Shown one piece after another: positions 9,339-19,962 of a stretch of DNA of 64,000 nucleotides. The translations under genes were made by a program, and so were the position numbers. The stretch spans positions 2,106-66,105 of the forward strand of contig CAYVNO010000009.1 in assembly GCA_964452935.1 (NCBI GenBank), given 5' to 3'. Origin of the DNA: an uncultured Methanosarcinales archaeon (lineage in GTDB: Archaea; Nanobdellota; Nanobdellia; Woesearchaeales; DSVV01). Position 1 is the first letter of the stretch, and the number at the start of each line of letters is the position of its first letter. The notes beneath the pieces are model-generated. The model worked only from the letters and a program-made list of their open reading frames with translations. It searched no databases and was not told the origin of the DNA.

Positions 9339-10002
9339 TTGTCCCTTTAAACTCTTCTCCTTTCAAATATCTCTCTAAATTATTAATATTATCTCCATTC
9401 ATTATAACGACTCTCAACCCACACTCTTCTGCATTCTTTGCTGCAACAGGATCAAATGGCAAATTCAAACCAGGCTTCCACTCTCCACCAACAATCTCTT
9501 TAAATTCACTCCAAGATAACTTCACCATAGGTTTTGCATCATCAAACTGCTTAGGATCTTTATCAAAAACATAATCAACATTGGTTAAATTAATCACAGT
9601 ATCGGCTTTCAAATTCTCTGCTAAATAAACAGCATCATTATCTGAGCTACAACCAGGCATCCAACCAGAAGCTATTATTATTTTTTTATCTGTCTCGATC
9701 TTCTCTTTAGGATTATAAACAACATATTCATACGCTTCCTTACCAAAAACAGTCCTTATTAACTCAGCATTCAATTTTGTTGCAGCAATACCCACCCAGT
9801 CACAATCCTCTTTACTTGGCTCAGAAATCTCAATTGCAGCATTAATATATTCTCTTGCAATATGTCCACCACCACAAACAATAACAATCTTATTCTCTTT
9901 ACTAAAATCTAAAACCATCTTTTTAATTCTTTTAATATGTTCAATATCAATCTCTTTTGGATTAATTATTGATCCACCCAATGACACTATAATCGTTTTC
10001 AT
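9328..10002 (-). CDS. pyrH: Archaeal-type UMP kinase
   Basis: SLGGS, CGGGHIAREYI, DWVGIAATKLNA, TNVDYVFDKDP, PFDPVAA. Confidence 0.92.
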   Translation of the reverse strand: MKTIIVSLGGSIINPKEIDIEHIKRIKKMVLDFSKENKIVIVCGGGHIAREYINAAIEISEPSKEDCDWVGIAATKLNAELIRTVFGKEAYEYVVYNPKEKIETDKKIIIASGWMPGCSSDNDAVYLAENLKADTVINLTNVDYVFDKDPKQFDDAKPMVKLSWSEFKEIVGGEWKPGLNLPFDPVAAKNAEECGLRVVIMNGDNINNLERYLKGEEFKGTTIE

Positions 10003-10054
10003 TTTAATTCGCCCCCTGGTGAATTAAGAATTTGCTTTAGCAAATTAATCACCC
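10003..10054 (-). promoter_or_regulatory. Two-hairpin leader element (copy 1) before pyrH
   Basis: GTGATT-AATTTGC TAAA GCAAATT-C-TTAATTCACC AGGG GGCGAATTAA-AATG; homologous to 53493-53540. Confidence 0.6.
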
Positions 10055-10399
10055 ATTTATTCCTATAATTATTACACCTGCCCAAATAGCTATAAAACCA
10101 ATGCACTTATATAAATTCATCCTCTCCTTAAGATAATACACTGACAACAATAAAACCCAAACATAAGTCAAAGCTGTAAGGGGGTACAAAACACTCAACT
10201 CCCCACCCCTTAAACCAGCAATAAAAAACACAGTACCGAATACATATAAAAAAGCACCTAAGATAAGATAAAAGTTCTTTATTAATGAAATAATATCTAA
10301 TTTTAATTTATCCGCCCCTAATTTAAAACATAGTGCTCCACCAGCACCAACAAATGTACTGAAAGTAACTAAACCGAATGCCAATAAACTAGTTGACAA
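10049..10399 (-). CDS. Small 4-TM EamA/SMR (ArnE/F-like) transporter subunit
   Basis: Four hydrophobic helices and GELSVLYP motif; paralog of the adjacent gene. Confidence 0.75.
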   Translation of the reverse strand: MSTSLLAFGLVTFSTFVGAGGALCFKLGADKLKLDIISLIKNFYLILGAFLYVFGTVFFIAGLRGGELSVLYPLTALTYVWVLLLSVYYLKERMNLYKCIGFIAIWAGVIIIGING

Positions 10400-10760
10400 C
10401 TGGCTTCACCTCTTCACTTCCAAACCCAACAAAAGAAACACCCATAATAATTAATACAATACCTAACCACTTCAAAAAACCAACACCTTCTCCCAAAAAC
10501 CAATTAGAAAGCAAATTCACCCAAACAAAACTCAACGCAATAACAGGGTACAAAACACTCAACTCCCCAAACTTCAATGCAACAACAAACAAAACTGCAG
10601 CAATCCCATACAAACACAAACCTAAAAGAATTTGCCAGTTCAACATACTCAATAATGTATCTCCAAATTTACCAACCCCTAATTTATAGAATAATTGAGC
10701 ACTTGCCGTAAGAAATGTACAAAACGCTACTAGAAAAATTGCCCATAATTTAGTCTTCAT
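10389..10760 (-). CDS. Small 4-TM EamA/SMR (ArnE/F-like) transporter subunit
   Basis: AQLFYKLG, GELSVLYPVIALSFVWV, FLGE. Confidence 0.75.
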   Translation of the reverse strand: MKTKLWAIFLVAFCTFLTASAQLFYKLGVGKFGDTLLSMLNWQILLGLCLYGIAAVLFVVALKFGELSVLYPVIALSFVWVNLLSNWFLGEGVGFLKWLGIVLIIMGVSFVGFGSEEVKPVVN

Positions 10761-10770
10761 AATAACCTCT

Positions 10771-12546
10771 TTAATCTTTTAATAAGATCTCAACAACAGC
10801 TGCAAACGCTGGTCTTGTTATAAACACACCTATTGTAACACCCAGTATTGTTGTAATAGCAAAACCTTTTAACAAACCAGCTCCTGCCCATAACAACGGA
10901 ATCATTGCAACACATGTTGTAAAATAAGCAGCCATAATTATAAAAAAGGCTCTCTTTATCTTATCCTTCCAACTTAATACAGCAGTCCTACCCTTTCTCA
11001 ATACTTCATCTGCAATAACAATCTGGTGATCAACACCCGTACCCACCGCAATCAAAATACCTGCAATCGCTGCTAGATCTAGATTCCAACCAATCAATGC
11101 TGCTAATCCTAATAATAAAAAGATCTCACAACCCATCGTGAACATAACAGGCAATGAAACACTTAATTTTCTATATCTAATATAGACAACAACAGCAACA
11201 GAAACAATTGCTAACACTGCCACTAATAAAATATTCTTAATAAATTCTTGCCCCAATAAAGGAGAGATTGTATCAATTTTAACAATATCTAGTTTAACTG
11301 GTAAACTTCCTGTAATTAATAATGTCTGTAATTTTTTCATATTCAACGCACTATTTTGTATAGCCTCTTGATAAGTTCTGCCAACACCTGGTCCAGAAAT
11401 TGCAATATCTGTTGAAGGCTTTCCTTTCAAATCAGCACCTATTCTTAAAGTATCAACTAACTCGTCATCTAGATATAAATCCAAAGAAGAATTCAAATAC
11501 TGATAACCACCTTCATCTATAACTAACAAGTCTTCTGTTACACTTGCCTGTCTTTCAGCAGCCTCTGTACTTAGAGTAATACTAAAACTAAATGTACAAT
11601 AATGTTCATCACCTGAAGCAGTACAAGGCCTTCTTGGATCAGAAGCAAAACTACAATCAGCACTTCTACAAACAAACTTAATATCTTCTCCACCCATAAA
11701 TACAGATTCACTACCAATCTTTGCTTCAAATTTACCCTGACTTCCAATTAATGTCTTAACCTCTTCCTCATTTGCTCCTGCAATCTCAACCAGGATAAAC
11801 AAATCTCCAGCCAAATCCTTGGAAGTTCTAATAACAATATCACTCAATCCATAAACATTTAATCTTTGCTTTAAATTCTCAATAACAATTTCTAAATCAG
11901 CATCAGTTATCTCCTCTTCAGGTTGTAATAAAACTCTTGTTCCTCCTTCTAGATCTAACCCTTTCTTAATATTAGTTGAAGGAGCATCATAAACTTTAAT
12001 ACCAATATCTAAAACACCAATAATCTCTTCTTCTGTCTTATTCACAAAAACAGTCTTATTAACTGTCTCATTAACTAAAACAGTTGTACCATTAATTGTT
12101 TGATTTACCTCAACAACTTCAGGAACAATAACCTCTTCTGTCTCATTCAGAACAGTTACTAAAACTTCCGGTTGTACAGTTAGTGTATATACTTTAGGTT
12201 GTTTAAAGAATGAATAAGATCTTCCTGACTGTGTTTTTTCATAATTACTTAACGTTTCAATTCTAACAATAGTATTTGCTTCTAAATTAGATGTTAGCTC
12301 TGCATAATGTTCAGAACTCTCTACCTTAACCCCATTTATTTTAGTTATAATCTCCCTTAACATAGGTTTATCTCTTGCATGGGGACTATCCATTCCTGCA
12401 ATATAAGCGGCACTATCTTTTTCCACAGATCTAATTGCAACACCCTCTGGCGAGAAGTTTGGCCTGATCATAAGAACAGCTAAAACTAGTAAAACTAGTA
12501 AAAGAATAACCCTCCAGTTTTTTAACATCTGTTTTAGCTTACTCAT
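10771..12546 (-). CDS. secD: Protein translocase subunit SecD (archaeal type)
   Basis: GLDLEGGTR, RLNVYGLSD, GSLPV, GTGVDHQIVI, LKGFAITT. Confidence 0.92.
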   Translation of the reverse strand: MSKLKQMLKNWRVILLLVLLVLAVLMIRPNFSPEGVAIRSVEKDSAAYIAGMDSPHARDKPMLREIITKINGVKVESSEHYAELTSNLEANTIVRIETLSNYEKTQSGRSYSFFKQPKVYTLTVQPEVLVTVLNETEEVIVPEVVEVNQTINGTTVLVNETVNKTVFVNKTEEEIIGVLDIGIKVYDAPSTNIKKGLDLEGGTRVLLQPEEEITDADLEIVIENLKQRLNVYGLSDIVIRTSKDLAGDLFILVEIAGANEEEVKTLIGSQGKFEAKIGSESVFMGGEDIKFVCRSADCSFASDPRRPCTASGDEHYCTFSFSITLSTEAAERQASVTEDLLVIDEGGYQYLNSSLDLYLDDELVDTLRIGADLKGKPSTDIAISGPGVGRTYQEAIQNSALNMKKLQTLLITGSLPVKLDIVKIDTISPLLGQEFIKNILLVAVLAIVSVAVVVYIRYRKLSVSLPVMFTMGCEIFLLLGLAALIGWNLDLAAIAGILIAVGTGVDHQIVIADEVLRKGRTAVLSWKDKIKRAFFIIMAAYFTTCVAMIPLLWAGAGLLKGFAITTILGVTIGVFITRPAFAAVVEILLKD

Positions 12547-13565
12547 TTTTTCTTCCTCTCAAGATAAAATCTCAATAAACAAACATTCTGTATCCAAGTA
12601 TTCATCATGTCTGCCAATAAACCAATAAAAATAATTGTCATAATTTGTGATAAAACATCTGAATTAGAAAAGATCAAAGCAACAGTAATCGCAACTAGAG
12701 TAGTCATACTCATAACTATACCAGTCTTCATCGCACCATAAACCCTATCTAAAACACTTCCTTGTTCTCCTTTCAATACTCTTATTGTCAACAACATATT
12801 TGTATCAACACTATAACCTATTAGCATTAAAAATGCCGCAATACCTGCAGTAGATAGTTTCATACCAAAAATATTAACAACAGCTAAAGTAATAACAATA
12901 TCAGAAAAGGCAGCTAAAATAACTGCAAAACTTGGAACAGGTGACCTAAAGTATAAGAACACAATTATCCCCATAAATAAGAACGCTAATAATAACGCCT
13001 TAATAGTTTGTTTGAAAAAACTAGTCCCTAAACTAGACCCCATTACCTCTATACTATAATCATTCCTATCTCCACCAATTTTTTCATGGATTAAAGTTAT
13101 AAAACTATCAATAATATCTTGGTCAGTCATATCTGCCTCAATTATAACACCACTCATTGCACCAGTCGCTGTAGTCAACTTTCTAACATTAATATCATAC
13201 TCACTCATCTCATTAGATAAATAAGAAGATAACTCACCAATATCCACACTATCAACATGAGGAATAGTAAGAGTTACTCCACCTTTTAAACTAACACCTT
13301 TGTTTAGAAAATCTCCAGTTGTTGCATACTGGAAACCAATCTGACCTAACGCTAATAAGAGTATAATAAAAGGTATAATCATTAAAACCTTATACTTATT
13401 CACAAATATATTCTCAATAGATCTAAGAAAACCCTTGCTTCTCAACGGCTCACTAGCAGAAACCTTCTCTTCCTTAAATTCAGGCTTCTCAGGCTCTGTA
13501 TCCTGTATCTCATCTCCCTCAGCCTTTGATTTATGCCTTAGTCTACGCTCTCTTCGTTTACTCAT
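12543..13565 (-). CDS. secF: Protein translocase subunit SecF (likely start 13565; ORF track starts at 13616)
   Basis: GVSLKGG, SSLG, IGYSVDTNMLL, DMMNTW. Confidence 0.92.
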   Translation of the reverse strand: MSKRRERRLRHKSKAEGDEIQDTEPEKPEFKEEKVSASEPLRSKGFLRSIENIFVNKYKVLMIIPFIILLLALGQIGFQYATTGDFLNKGVSLKGGVTLTIPHVDSVDIGELSSYLSNEMSEYDINVRKLTTATGAMSGVIIEADMTDQDIIDSFITLIHEKIGGDRNDYSIEVMGSSLGTSFFKQTIKALLLAFLFMGIIVFLYFRSPVPSFAVILAAFSDIVITLAVVNIFGMKLSTAGIAAFLMLIGYSVDTNMLLTIRVLKGEQGSVLDRVYGAMKTGIVMSMTTLVAITVALIFSNSDVLSQIMTIIFIGLLADMMNTWIQNVCLLRFYLERKKK

Positions 13566-13619
13566 ACACTCACAGAAATCGGCTTTATTTTTAAAGCTTT
13601 TGGAATATTTAACCATGAA

Positions 13620-16484
13620 TCAACGCTGTATAAAATCAAAGAACCCATTATCTTGTATATGTGTATAAGCAGATCTAGATAAATTACCCTCCAACACACT
13701 TATAATTTTAGCATCACTATGTCCGAAAAATCTAAGATAAGCCATTGTCTCAAGAGATTTATCAGCTATCTCCATTCTCAAGGACTCATATCTTGCTTCA
13801 ACCCCCGAAACAATCGAACTTAACCTATCCTTCAACTCATCTCGCTCTCTTTCCAACTCGTTCTTATCAGTCCCAGGCAAAATTAATTCATTCCCCCTAA
13901 AATGAGCTGTATCAGAAGTCAAATTCCTCCAGTTAGTTCTCCAACCAACTTTTGAAGGAAACTTAACAGTATATTTATTTTTACTTGCATCAAATTTAGC
14001 CACAACTCCTTTTGTACCCTTTGGAATAAGACTATTCCTCTGATTCCAATATTTTTCATTCCACCCCTCCATTACATCATTGAAATTCACAACAACTTCA
14101 TCACCCTCTCTAAGATGTAAACATGGAATCAAATCAACTCGTTCTACTCTCTGCATCTCTGCCCCATTTAATTTATATCCATCATACTGATAATCCTCCT
14201 TTTTTACCAAAGCTAAAAAACGAGGCTCATACCCGTTATAATAAGAATCAAACTTTCCAACAACACCTACAGGCAATTTATTTACAGTAGTACCATCTGA
14301 ATATACTCCTCCATTCAGAGCCCTAACTGTCACCAAGAAATCTCCTCTTCTTAACGGACCGTCAACAGGAACATATGTATCAGAACTCAAATTTAACAAC
14401 CTATTCTTAAATTTATTAAAACTAGTTTGTGAAGAAACATATCTTGGAACATTAACTAAGACTCCAAACTCTTCCATTAATTGGTGATTAATCTCATCAA
14501 CCATCTCCCTATAATTCAAACGAGAAACCAAACCATCAACAACTTTAAAGAGAGACTCATCCATCAACTGTCCACTAAAAAAGTTATTACTTACATTAAT
14601 AATAGAAAATAACATACCAATTGCTGAATCAGAAACACCAAGCCCATACAAATCATAAATCCATTTTTGAACATGACCTCTAATCTTTGAATCTTTCTCT
14701 CGAATCTCTGCCTCTGCTTCATATATAATGCTATCTAATGCCCCAACAATATCATCTCTTACTCTCATTTCCTCATCAAATCCCTCAAAATGTTCTGTAT
14801 AATCATCATCTCCTGGTTTGAATAAACAAAGATAATCAGTAGGAATATCCAACACCAAAGGAATTCCATCATCCTCAGAAGTAACTTGTGGAAACTCGAC
14901 CTCTGCCCTACCTCGAGAACTTCTTAACACTCTCCCCCATGTTCCTCTTCCAACAAAATCGTGCAAATGATTACGTCTAACAAAAATCTCATCTCCATCC
15001 TTAATACCTCCATAAGGAGTATACATAAGATGTTTAAGATCAACACCACCAACAGCCTTTCGAGGATCATTGAAATAGTCTAAGACATTCCCTTCCTTAA
15101 CATCATATACAACCTTAATCTTTGCTTTACCACCTGCCACACTCAAGACCCGAGCACGACTACCATTCTCTACTGAATAATCTCCACCAACAATCTCAAC
15201 ATAATCATTATTTTTAATACCAAAAGGATTACCAAACTCAACTCTCTCAAGCACTTGTAAATCATCTACATCAAAATGATGATAATCCCAAGTAGAAGAA
15301 AAACTAACTTTCCACTTACCAGTATGAAGAAAACTACTTAAATTTGCAATAGAACCTAAAGGATACCTACTAGTTGCTCTCTCAGTCCTAACTATGTCCT
15401 TCTCCTTGAACTCACTTGGATTTCTATCAACCTGCCTATACAACTTCAAGTTTAATACCCTCAATTTACGTCTAAAAACATTATAATCTCCCTTAGAATG
15501 AAAACTTCTATTCTTATCAAACACAACACCAACTCTATCTTCTAATAAATCACATATTTTTCCAACAATTCCCCTATAACCCATCTTGATTGCATGCAAA
15601 GCCTCAAACTCTTTTTTCATCTTTGATAACATTCCTTTACCATAAGCAATCATAATAGTATGTTCTCTAACTTCTTCATCAACCACTGCTACACTCTCAA
15701 CACCATTCAAGACACCAGAAGCAAGATAAAATGAGTAAGGTAAAAGAGAGGACAGTGGTCTAGAAACATCACCCACCATTCCGATAATCTCACCTCTCTT
15801 CCTCCCTCTTGCCCTTCTTAAACTCGTTGCAATAGTTGCAAGCTGTGCAAGTTCATCAGAATGACCCACATTAATATACTCCAACCTATCCTCAAAACCT
15901 CTAACTAAATCATAAACAACAGACGACACCATTCTTAAGTTGGGATCTAACTCAACAGTATCAAAAATGTCTTGTTCATCGACTATTAATTTCCTCTCTA
16001 AAGTATTCTTTTGATCATCATCAACCTGAAAATCACCAGGTAAAACAATATCAAGATCATCAAAAGAATGAATCCTATTAACATATCCCTTACCAATAGA
16101 CTCAACAACAGAAAAAACATCATCCGCATCAATTCCTGTGCAAGAGATAGGAACACCTAACTCCCTTCCAAATTTCCCAGCAAAAACACTAGCAGCTAAC
16201 ACAGAACTACTTGGTTCAGTTTTTAATAAATCTTTTATAAATCCTTGATCATAATTATTATCCAATAAATATAACAATAAAAAAACATGCAACAATCCAG
16301 TACTAGAAAGTCTTTTGATAGTATCAATAGAATAAACCTTTCTTTCTTTCAAGATCCTTGCAATCCTTAACTTAGGATCAAAATCAGGAGAACTAAGATC
16401 AAACTCCTCCTCTGGCTCAACTACAGCCGTCGCTTGAGTATACAGAGCTACAGCCTCTGCAACATCACATTCTTCTGCAGCCAT
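13620..16484 (-). CDS. Large hypothetical protein with about five SH3/KOW-like beta modules
   Basis: Recurrent pattern (F/I/L)xxGDxV...G..G.V......V.F, e.g. IKDGDEIFV..GTWGRV..AEVEF and LREGDEVVV..GTKGVV..YTVKF. Confidence 0.6.
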   Translation of the reverse strand: MAAEECDVAEAVALYTQATAVVEPEEEFDLSSPDFDPKLRIARILKERKVYSIDTIKRLSSTGLLHVFLLLYLLDNNYDQGFIKDLLKTEPSSSVLAASVFAGKFGRELGVPISCTGIDADDVFSVVESIGKGYVNRIHSFDDLDIVLPGDFQVDDDQKNTLERKLIVDEQDIFDTVELDPNLRMVSSVVYDLVRGFEDRLEYINVGHSDELAQLATIATSLRRARGRKRGEIIGMVGDVSRPLSSLLPYSFYLASGVLNGVESVAVVDEEVREHTIMIAYGKGMLSKMKKEFEALHAIKMGYRGIVGKICDLLEDRVGVVFDKNRSFHSKGDYNVFRRKLRVLNLKLYRQVDRNPSEFKEKDIVRTERATSRYPLGSIANLSSFLHTGKWKVSFSSTWDYHHFDVDDLQVLERVEFGNPFGIKNNDYVEIVGGDYSVENGSRARVLSVAGGKAKIKVVYDVKEGNVLDYFNDPRKAVGGVDLKHLMYTPYGGIKDGDEIFVRRNHLHDFVGRGTWGRVLRSSRGRAEVEFPQVTSEDDGIPLVLDIPTDYLCLFKPGDDDYTEHFEGFDEEMRVRDDIVGALDSIIYEAEAEIREKDSKIRGHVQKWIYDLYGLGVSDSAIGMLFSIINVSNNFFSGQLMDESLFKVVDGLVSRLNYREMVDEINHQLMEEFGVLVNVPRYVSSQTSFNKFKNRLLNLSSDTYVPVDGPLRRGDFLVTVRALNGGVYSDGTTVNKLPVGVVGKFDSYYNGYEPRFLALVKKEDYQYDGYKLNGAEMQRVERVDLIPCLHLREGDEVVVNFNDVMEGWNEKYWNQRNSLIPKGTKGVVAKFDASKNKYTVKFPSKVGWRTNWRNLTSDTAHFRGNELILPGTDKNELERERDELKDRLSSIVSGVEARYESLRMEIADKSLETMAYLRFFGHSDAKIISVLEGNLSRSAYTHIQDNGFFDFIQR

Positions 16485-16485
16485 C

Positions 16486-17964
16486 TTATTCTACCTCTCT
16501 CTGACTATGAAAATCCATAACATCCTCATTAGTAACTGTCAAATCCAAAGGTTCAAAATCATAACAATCGCAAGGAGTATTCAACCTTCTTGTTCCAATC
16601 CTATTCTCATTATCATATCTAAAGGTTTGTTCACCATTAAACGGCTCACCAAACTTTCCTGGTTCATAAATCGTAAAAATATCAAGCACAGCAGCAATCG
16701 CTGCAATTGCATTTGTTGTAACAACAGCTGCATCAGGATTATCAGCACAACTCGCTCTCCTTATCATCTCTTCCTTTCTACCTTTTTCATAAATCTTGAA
16801 CAAACAATCCTGACATCTTGTCTTTCCATCAACCTGTAAATTCCATCTTCCTAAATAAGGTTTAGCACCAGCACTAACTAACGGAATATCATTGACAACA
16901 GCATACGCAGTAACAATCGCTCTTGTATACCAATTATCAACAAAATCAAGAACTAAATCATAATCCCTCTCTGTCTGAAAATCCGGAGTAAGTTTAACAT
17001 CATATCCATCTGATTTTGTTCTTCCTCTACTCATCTTAACAATCTTCTCTGCAAGATGTAACGCCTTAGAACAACCAACACCATCCTCTCCAATACTATC
17101 ATAACCTAAAATCTGTCTATGTAAATTAGTTGCATCAAAACGATCATAATCAAAAACATCAACTCTTCCAAAACTAATCTTTGATAATAAAATCGCACCC
17201 CATCCACCTAAACCTCCTGCACCAATCAAAGCAACATCTAAATCTCTATAAATTCTGGAGTCATACCTAGGAATAACTTCTCCTTTTCCAGGAAACCCTA
17301 CCCTCTTTTCTCCACCAAGTCTATACCTAAAAGGTTTTATAAGAAAATTCTTCTCTTCTCCAAAAATAATCTTTCTAACCTCTTCTGCAAGAACACCACC
17401 CATCAACAAAGCCATAAACTCATCTTGCTCATGACCTTCAAACATCGGCATAAAATAAGCAGGATCTTTATTCCCAAAATCACAAAGCATTGTTTTAGTA
17501 TACCCCCACATAGAAGAAGTACTTAAAACAGGAATTCCTTTCTCTTTTCCATAACTATATGCTAACCTTTTTGATCTCATTGAATTAGTTGCATCAATAA
17601 TAACATCAGAACTCTTTAAAACCAACTGATCAATCCTTGTCTCTAAATTTGTCGGATACCCTTCAATATTAATACCTGGATTAATCAAATTTAACAATCT
17701 AGAATAACCCAAAGATTTTGGACCACTAGGAACATCAATGTCAAGAAACATCTCACCATTAACATCTTCTCCGTCGACAAGAACAATATTACCAACACCT
17801 AAAGCTGCTAAACACAACGCACTGTAAACACCTTGATGACCTAAACCAACAACAACAGCCCTAGCATTATTAAGTTTTCTCTGCCCTTCAATCCCCCATA
17901 TACGGAGCTGTCTATCATAATACTGAATATCGATGTCCTCGTCAATCACATCATCATGAGCCAT
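16486..17964 (-). CDS. Tandem ThiF/E1-like ubiquitin-activating enzyme
   Basis: Domain 1: YDRQLRIWGIEGQRKL..VVGLGHQG (degenerate). Domain 2: IGAGGLGG, D..NLHRQ, CQDC, RASC, PCDC. Confidence 0.85.
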   Translation of the reverse strand: MAHDDVIDEDIDIQYYDRQLRIWGIEGQRKLNNARAVVVGLGHQGVYSALCLAALGVGNIVLVDGEDVNGEMFLDIDVPSGPKSLGYSRLLNLINPGINIEGYPTNLETRIDQLVLKSSDVIIDATNSMRSKRLAYSYGKEKGIPVLSTSSMWGYTKTMLCDFGNKDPAYFMPMFEGHEQDEFMALLMGGVLAEEVRKIIFGEEKNFLIKPFRYRLGGEKRVGFPGKGEVIPRYDSRIYRDLDVALIGAGGLGGWGAILLSKISFGRVDVFDYDRFDATNLHRQILGYDSIGEDGVGCSKALHLAEKIVKMSRGRTKSDGYDVKLTPDFQTERDYDLVLDFVDNWYTRAIVTAYAVVNDIPLVSAGAKPYLGRWNLQVDGKTRCQDCLFKIYEKGRKEEMIRRASCADNPDAAVVTTNAIAAIAAVLDIFTIYEPGKFGEPFNGEQTFRYDNENRIGTRRLNTPCDCYDFEPLDLTVTNEDVMDFHSQREVE

Positions 17965-17986
17965 GTTCTACTCCATCACCCTCTAA

Positions 17987-19900
17987 CTATACTTCCAAAA
18001 CTTTATATCCACCATGAACAAGACCAACATATCTTTCTAACAAATCACTCTTCTCCTCTGGACTTCTAGCAGTAATAAAGCCTCTCATAAAACTCATTGT
18101 AAAATCATCATCAAGATCTTCAATCTCATCAACAATATTTCTAACCATTGCATCATATTGATATTTCTGTCTAAAAAAAGTGTGTTCCCCAACAACTTCA
18201 GGATGATCAGCAACAATCTCTCCAACTCTCAACACAGAAGCCCTTAACCCAAAATAAGGTTCAAACTCCTCTACATCCTCAACACCTTCACTAGCTTCAA
18301 TCGCAACAGAAACCCCCCTATAGTTTGCACCAAGATAATCAAGTAACTCATCCACATAAGTCGAATACCTACAACTCTCACCTCTAAAATGCATTAAATA
18401 AGAACTTAACTCCATCACAAACATACCCACAACATCCTCACGAGTATATTTATCCTCTGTTTTATCTACTTGATCTTCTAATTTCTCTTGAATTACCCAA
18501 GGAAGATCATTAACACAACTTCTAGATGGAGTAACAACCTGCCCTCCCTGCATAACCATGTCCACTAATGTATCCTCTCCATCATCAATATCATCTTGCC
18601 CATACCATTCATTCAACTCACCAGGAGTAATCAACGAATTAATTCTATCTTGAACACTTGATCTACGAATTACTCTACGAACTGGTTGTCTAGGAACTGT
18701 TCGATTATCTTGATCATACCAAAACCGCCCTGAACCTAGACTATTAATACCACCACCATAAAACCCTTCTTCTATAGGTTCAGTAGCACGTGTTTGCCAT
18801 ACATGAGGACCAACAACCAACCCTCCTGCTTGTGCATACCTACGACGAGGTATACGAGGTCTTGGTTTAGGAGGTAAAACAAGTCTCTCTTGAACCAAAT
18901 CACTAACTTCATCCATTGTAAGAACATGTCTTCCATCATCAAAAATCTCTATCGGCACATTTTCAACAGTACCATATTTCACCTGACCACTTAATTTATA
19001 TTTATCCTCATAAGCAATCTCAACATAAGGTTCTCCTAACTTATCATCATAAACAAAACTAAATGCAACACTAACTAACCTTGGCTCAAACGTCCTCTCA
19101 TCCATAATATCTAACAGTCTTGCAAAAAAATCAGATTTATTAAAACTATCAAGATCTGGTTTTAAACCAAAATCATTTAACAACGCAAAAAAAGCCTGAT
19201 CATTAGGAAAAACAAACTCCCTAACAAAATCCTCTAGATCATGTCCTCTCAAAACCTTACCTTCTTCAGTAAATTCTTCTTTTATCCTATCCTGAATCAA
19301 AAGATAAGGCGAATCAAACCTTTGCCTTGTTACCTCTGCCACTTTGTTAAGAAGTTTAGGAAACTCATGATCATCTTTTGAACTATGCTCAACACCACAC
19401 ACAGATCCTGGATGCACATGAAACATTCCACATAAAACAAAATCAGTCCCCATTTCACTATTTATCCTCTGCATCTCATAACCTGCCATCGGAAACTGCT
19501 CAGCAAATTTAACCCCATCTGTATAAACCTTTAACCCTTTTGGAACAACAAACTCAGATAAATCAAATGAAAAATCACCCCTAGTCATAGCATATAAACC
19601 ACCAGATTCAACAGGTCTATCATCAATCTCTCTTACAGCAACACCAATAGATTTACCAAACTGATAACATCTTCTTGATATCCTAACTTTTTCAGGAAGA
19701 TAATCAGTAACAGGAGGAATTACAGGCTTCTCTGGTCTACCTTCAAACCCAGTTATCATATCAAGAGCATGTGCAGCCATAGCACTATTAGTAAGAATAG
19801 AAGGTCCTGTAAAATCACAACTACCGCCAACACAACTATCTTCTTCTCTTTCACGTCTTCTTTTTTCAGACCTTCTCATTCTTGCTCCTCTACCACTCAT
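17987..19900 (-). CDS. JAB/MPN+ metallo-isopeptidase-domain protein
   Basis: VESGGLY ... GMFHVHP ... HSSKDD matches the E...HxH...SxxD JAMM motif; adjacent to the E1. Confidence 0.65.
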   Translation of the reverse strand: MSGRGARMRRSEKRRREREEDSCVGGSCDFTGPSILTNSAMAAHALDMITGFEGRPEKPVIPPVTDYLPEKVRISRRCYQFGKSIGVAVREIDDRPVESGGLYAMTRGDFSFDLSEFVVPKGLKVYTDGVKFAEQFPMAGYEMQRINSEMGTDFVLCGMFHVHPGSVCGVEHSSKDDHEFPKLLNKVAEVTRQRFDSPYLLIQDRIKEEFTEEGKVLRGHDLEDFVREFVFPNDQAFFALLNDFGLKPDLDSFNKSDFFARLLDIMDERTFEPRLVSVAFSFVYDDKLGEPYVEIAYEDKYKLSGQVKYGTVENVPIEIFDDGRHVLTMDEVSDLVQERLVLPPKPRPRIPRRRYAQAGGLVVGPHVWQTRATEPIEEGFYGGGINSLGSGRFWYDQDNRTVPRQPVRRVIRRSSVQDRINSLITPGELNEWYGQDDIDDGEDTLVDMVMQGGQVVTPSRSCVNDLPWVIQEKLEDQVDKTEDKYTREDVVGMFVMELSSYLMHFRGESCRYSTYVDELLDYLGANYRGVSVAIEASEGVEDVEEFEPYFGLRASVLRVGEIVADHPEVVGEHTFFRQKYQYDAMVRNIVDEIEDLDDDFTMSFMRGFITARSPEEKSDLLERYVGLVHGGYKVLEV

Positions 19901-19962
19901 TTTCCACACCTTTCCTCTGAAAAAATAATTCTTTTCTCAAACATTTGCACCAACTCCATAAA

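Noticed and set aside
10003-10054. The pyrH/pta leader element as another BHB intron
   Set aside because: A helix-bulge geometry can be drawn for the pyrH copy but not for the pta copy, so it is kept only as a structured leader.
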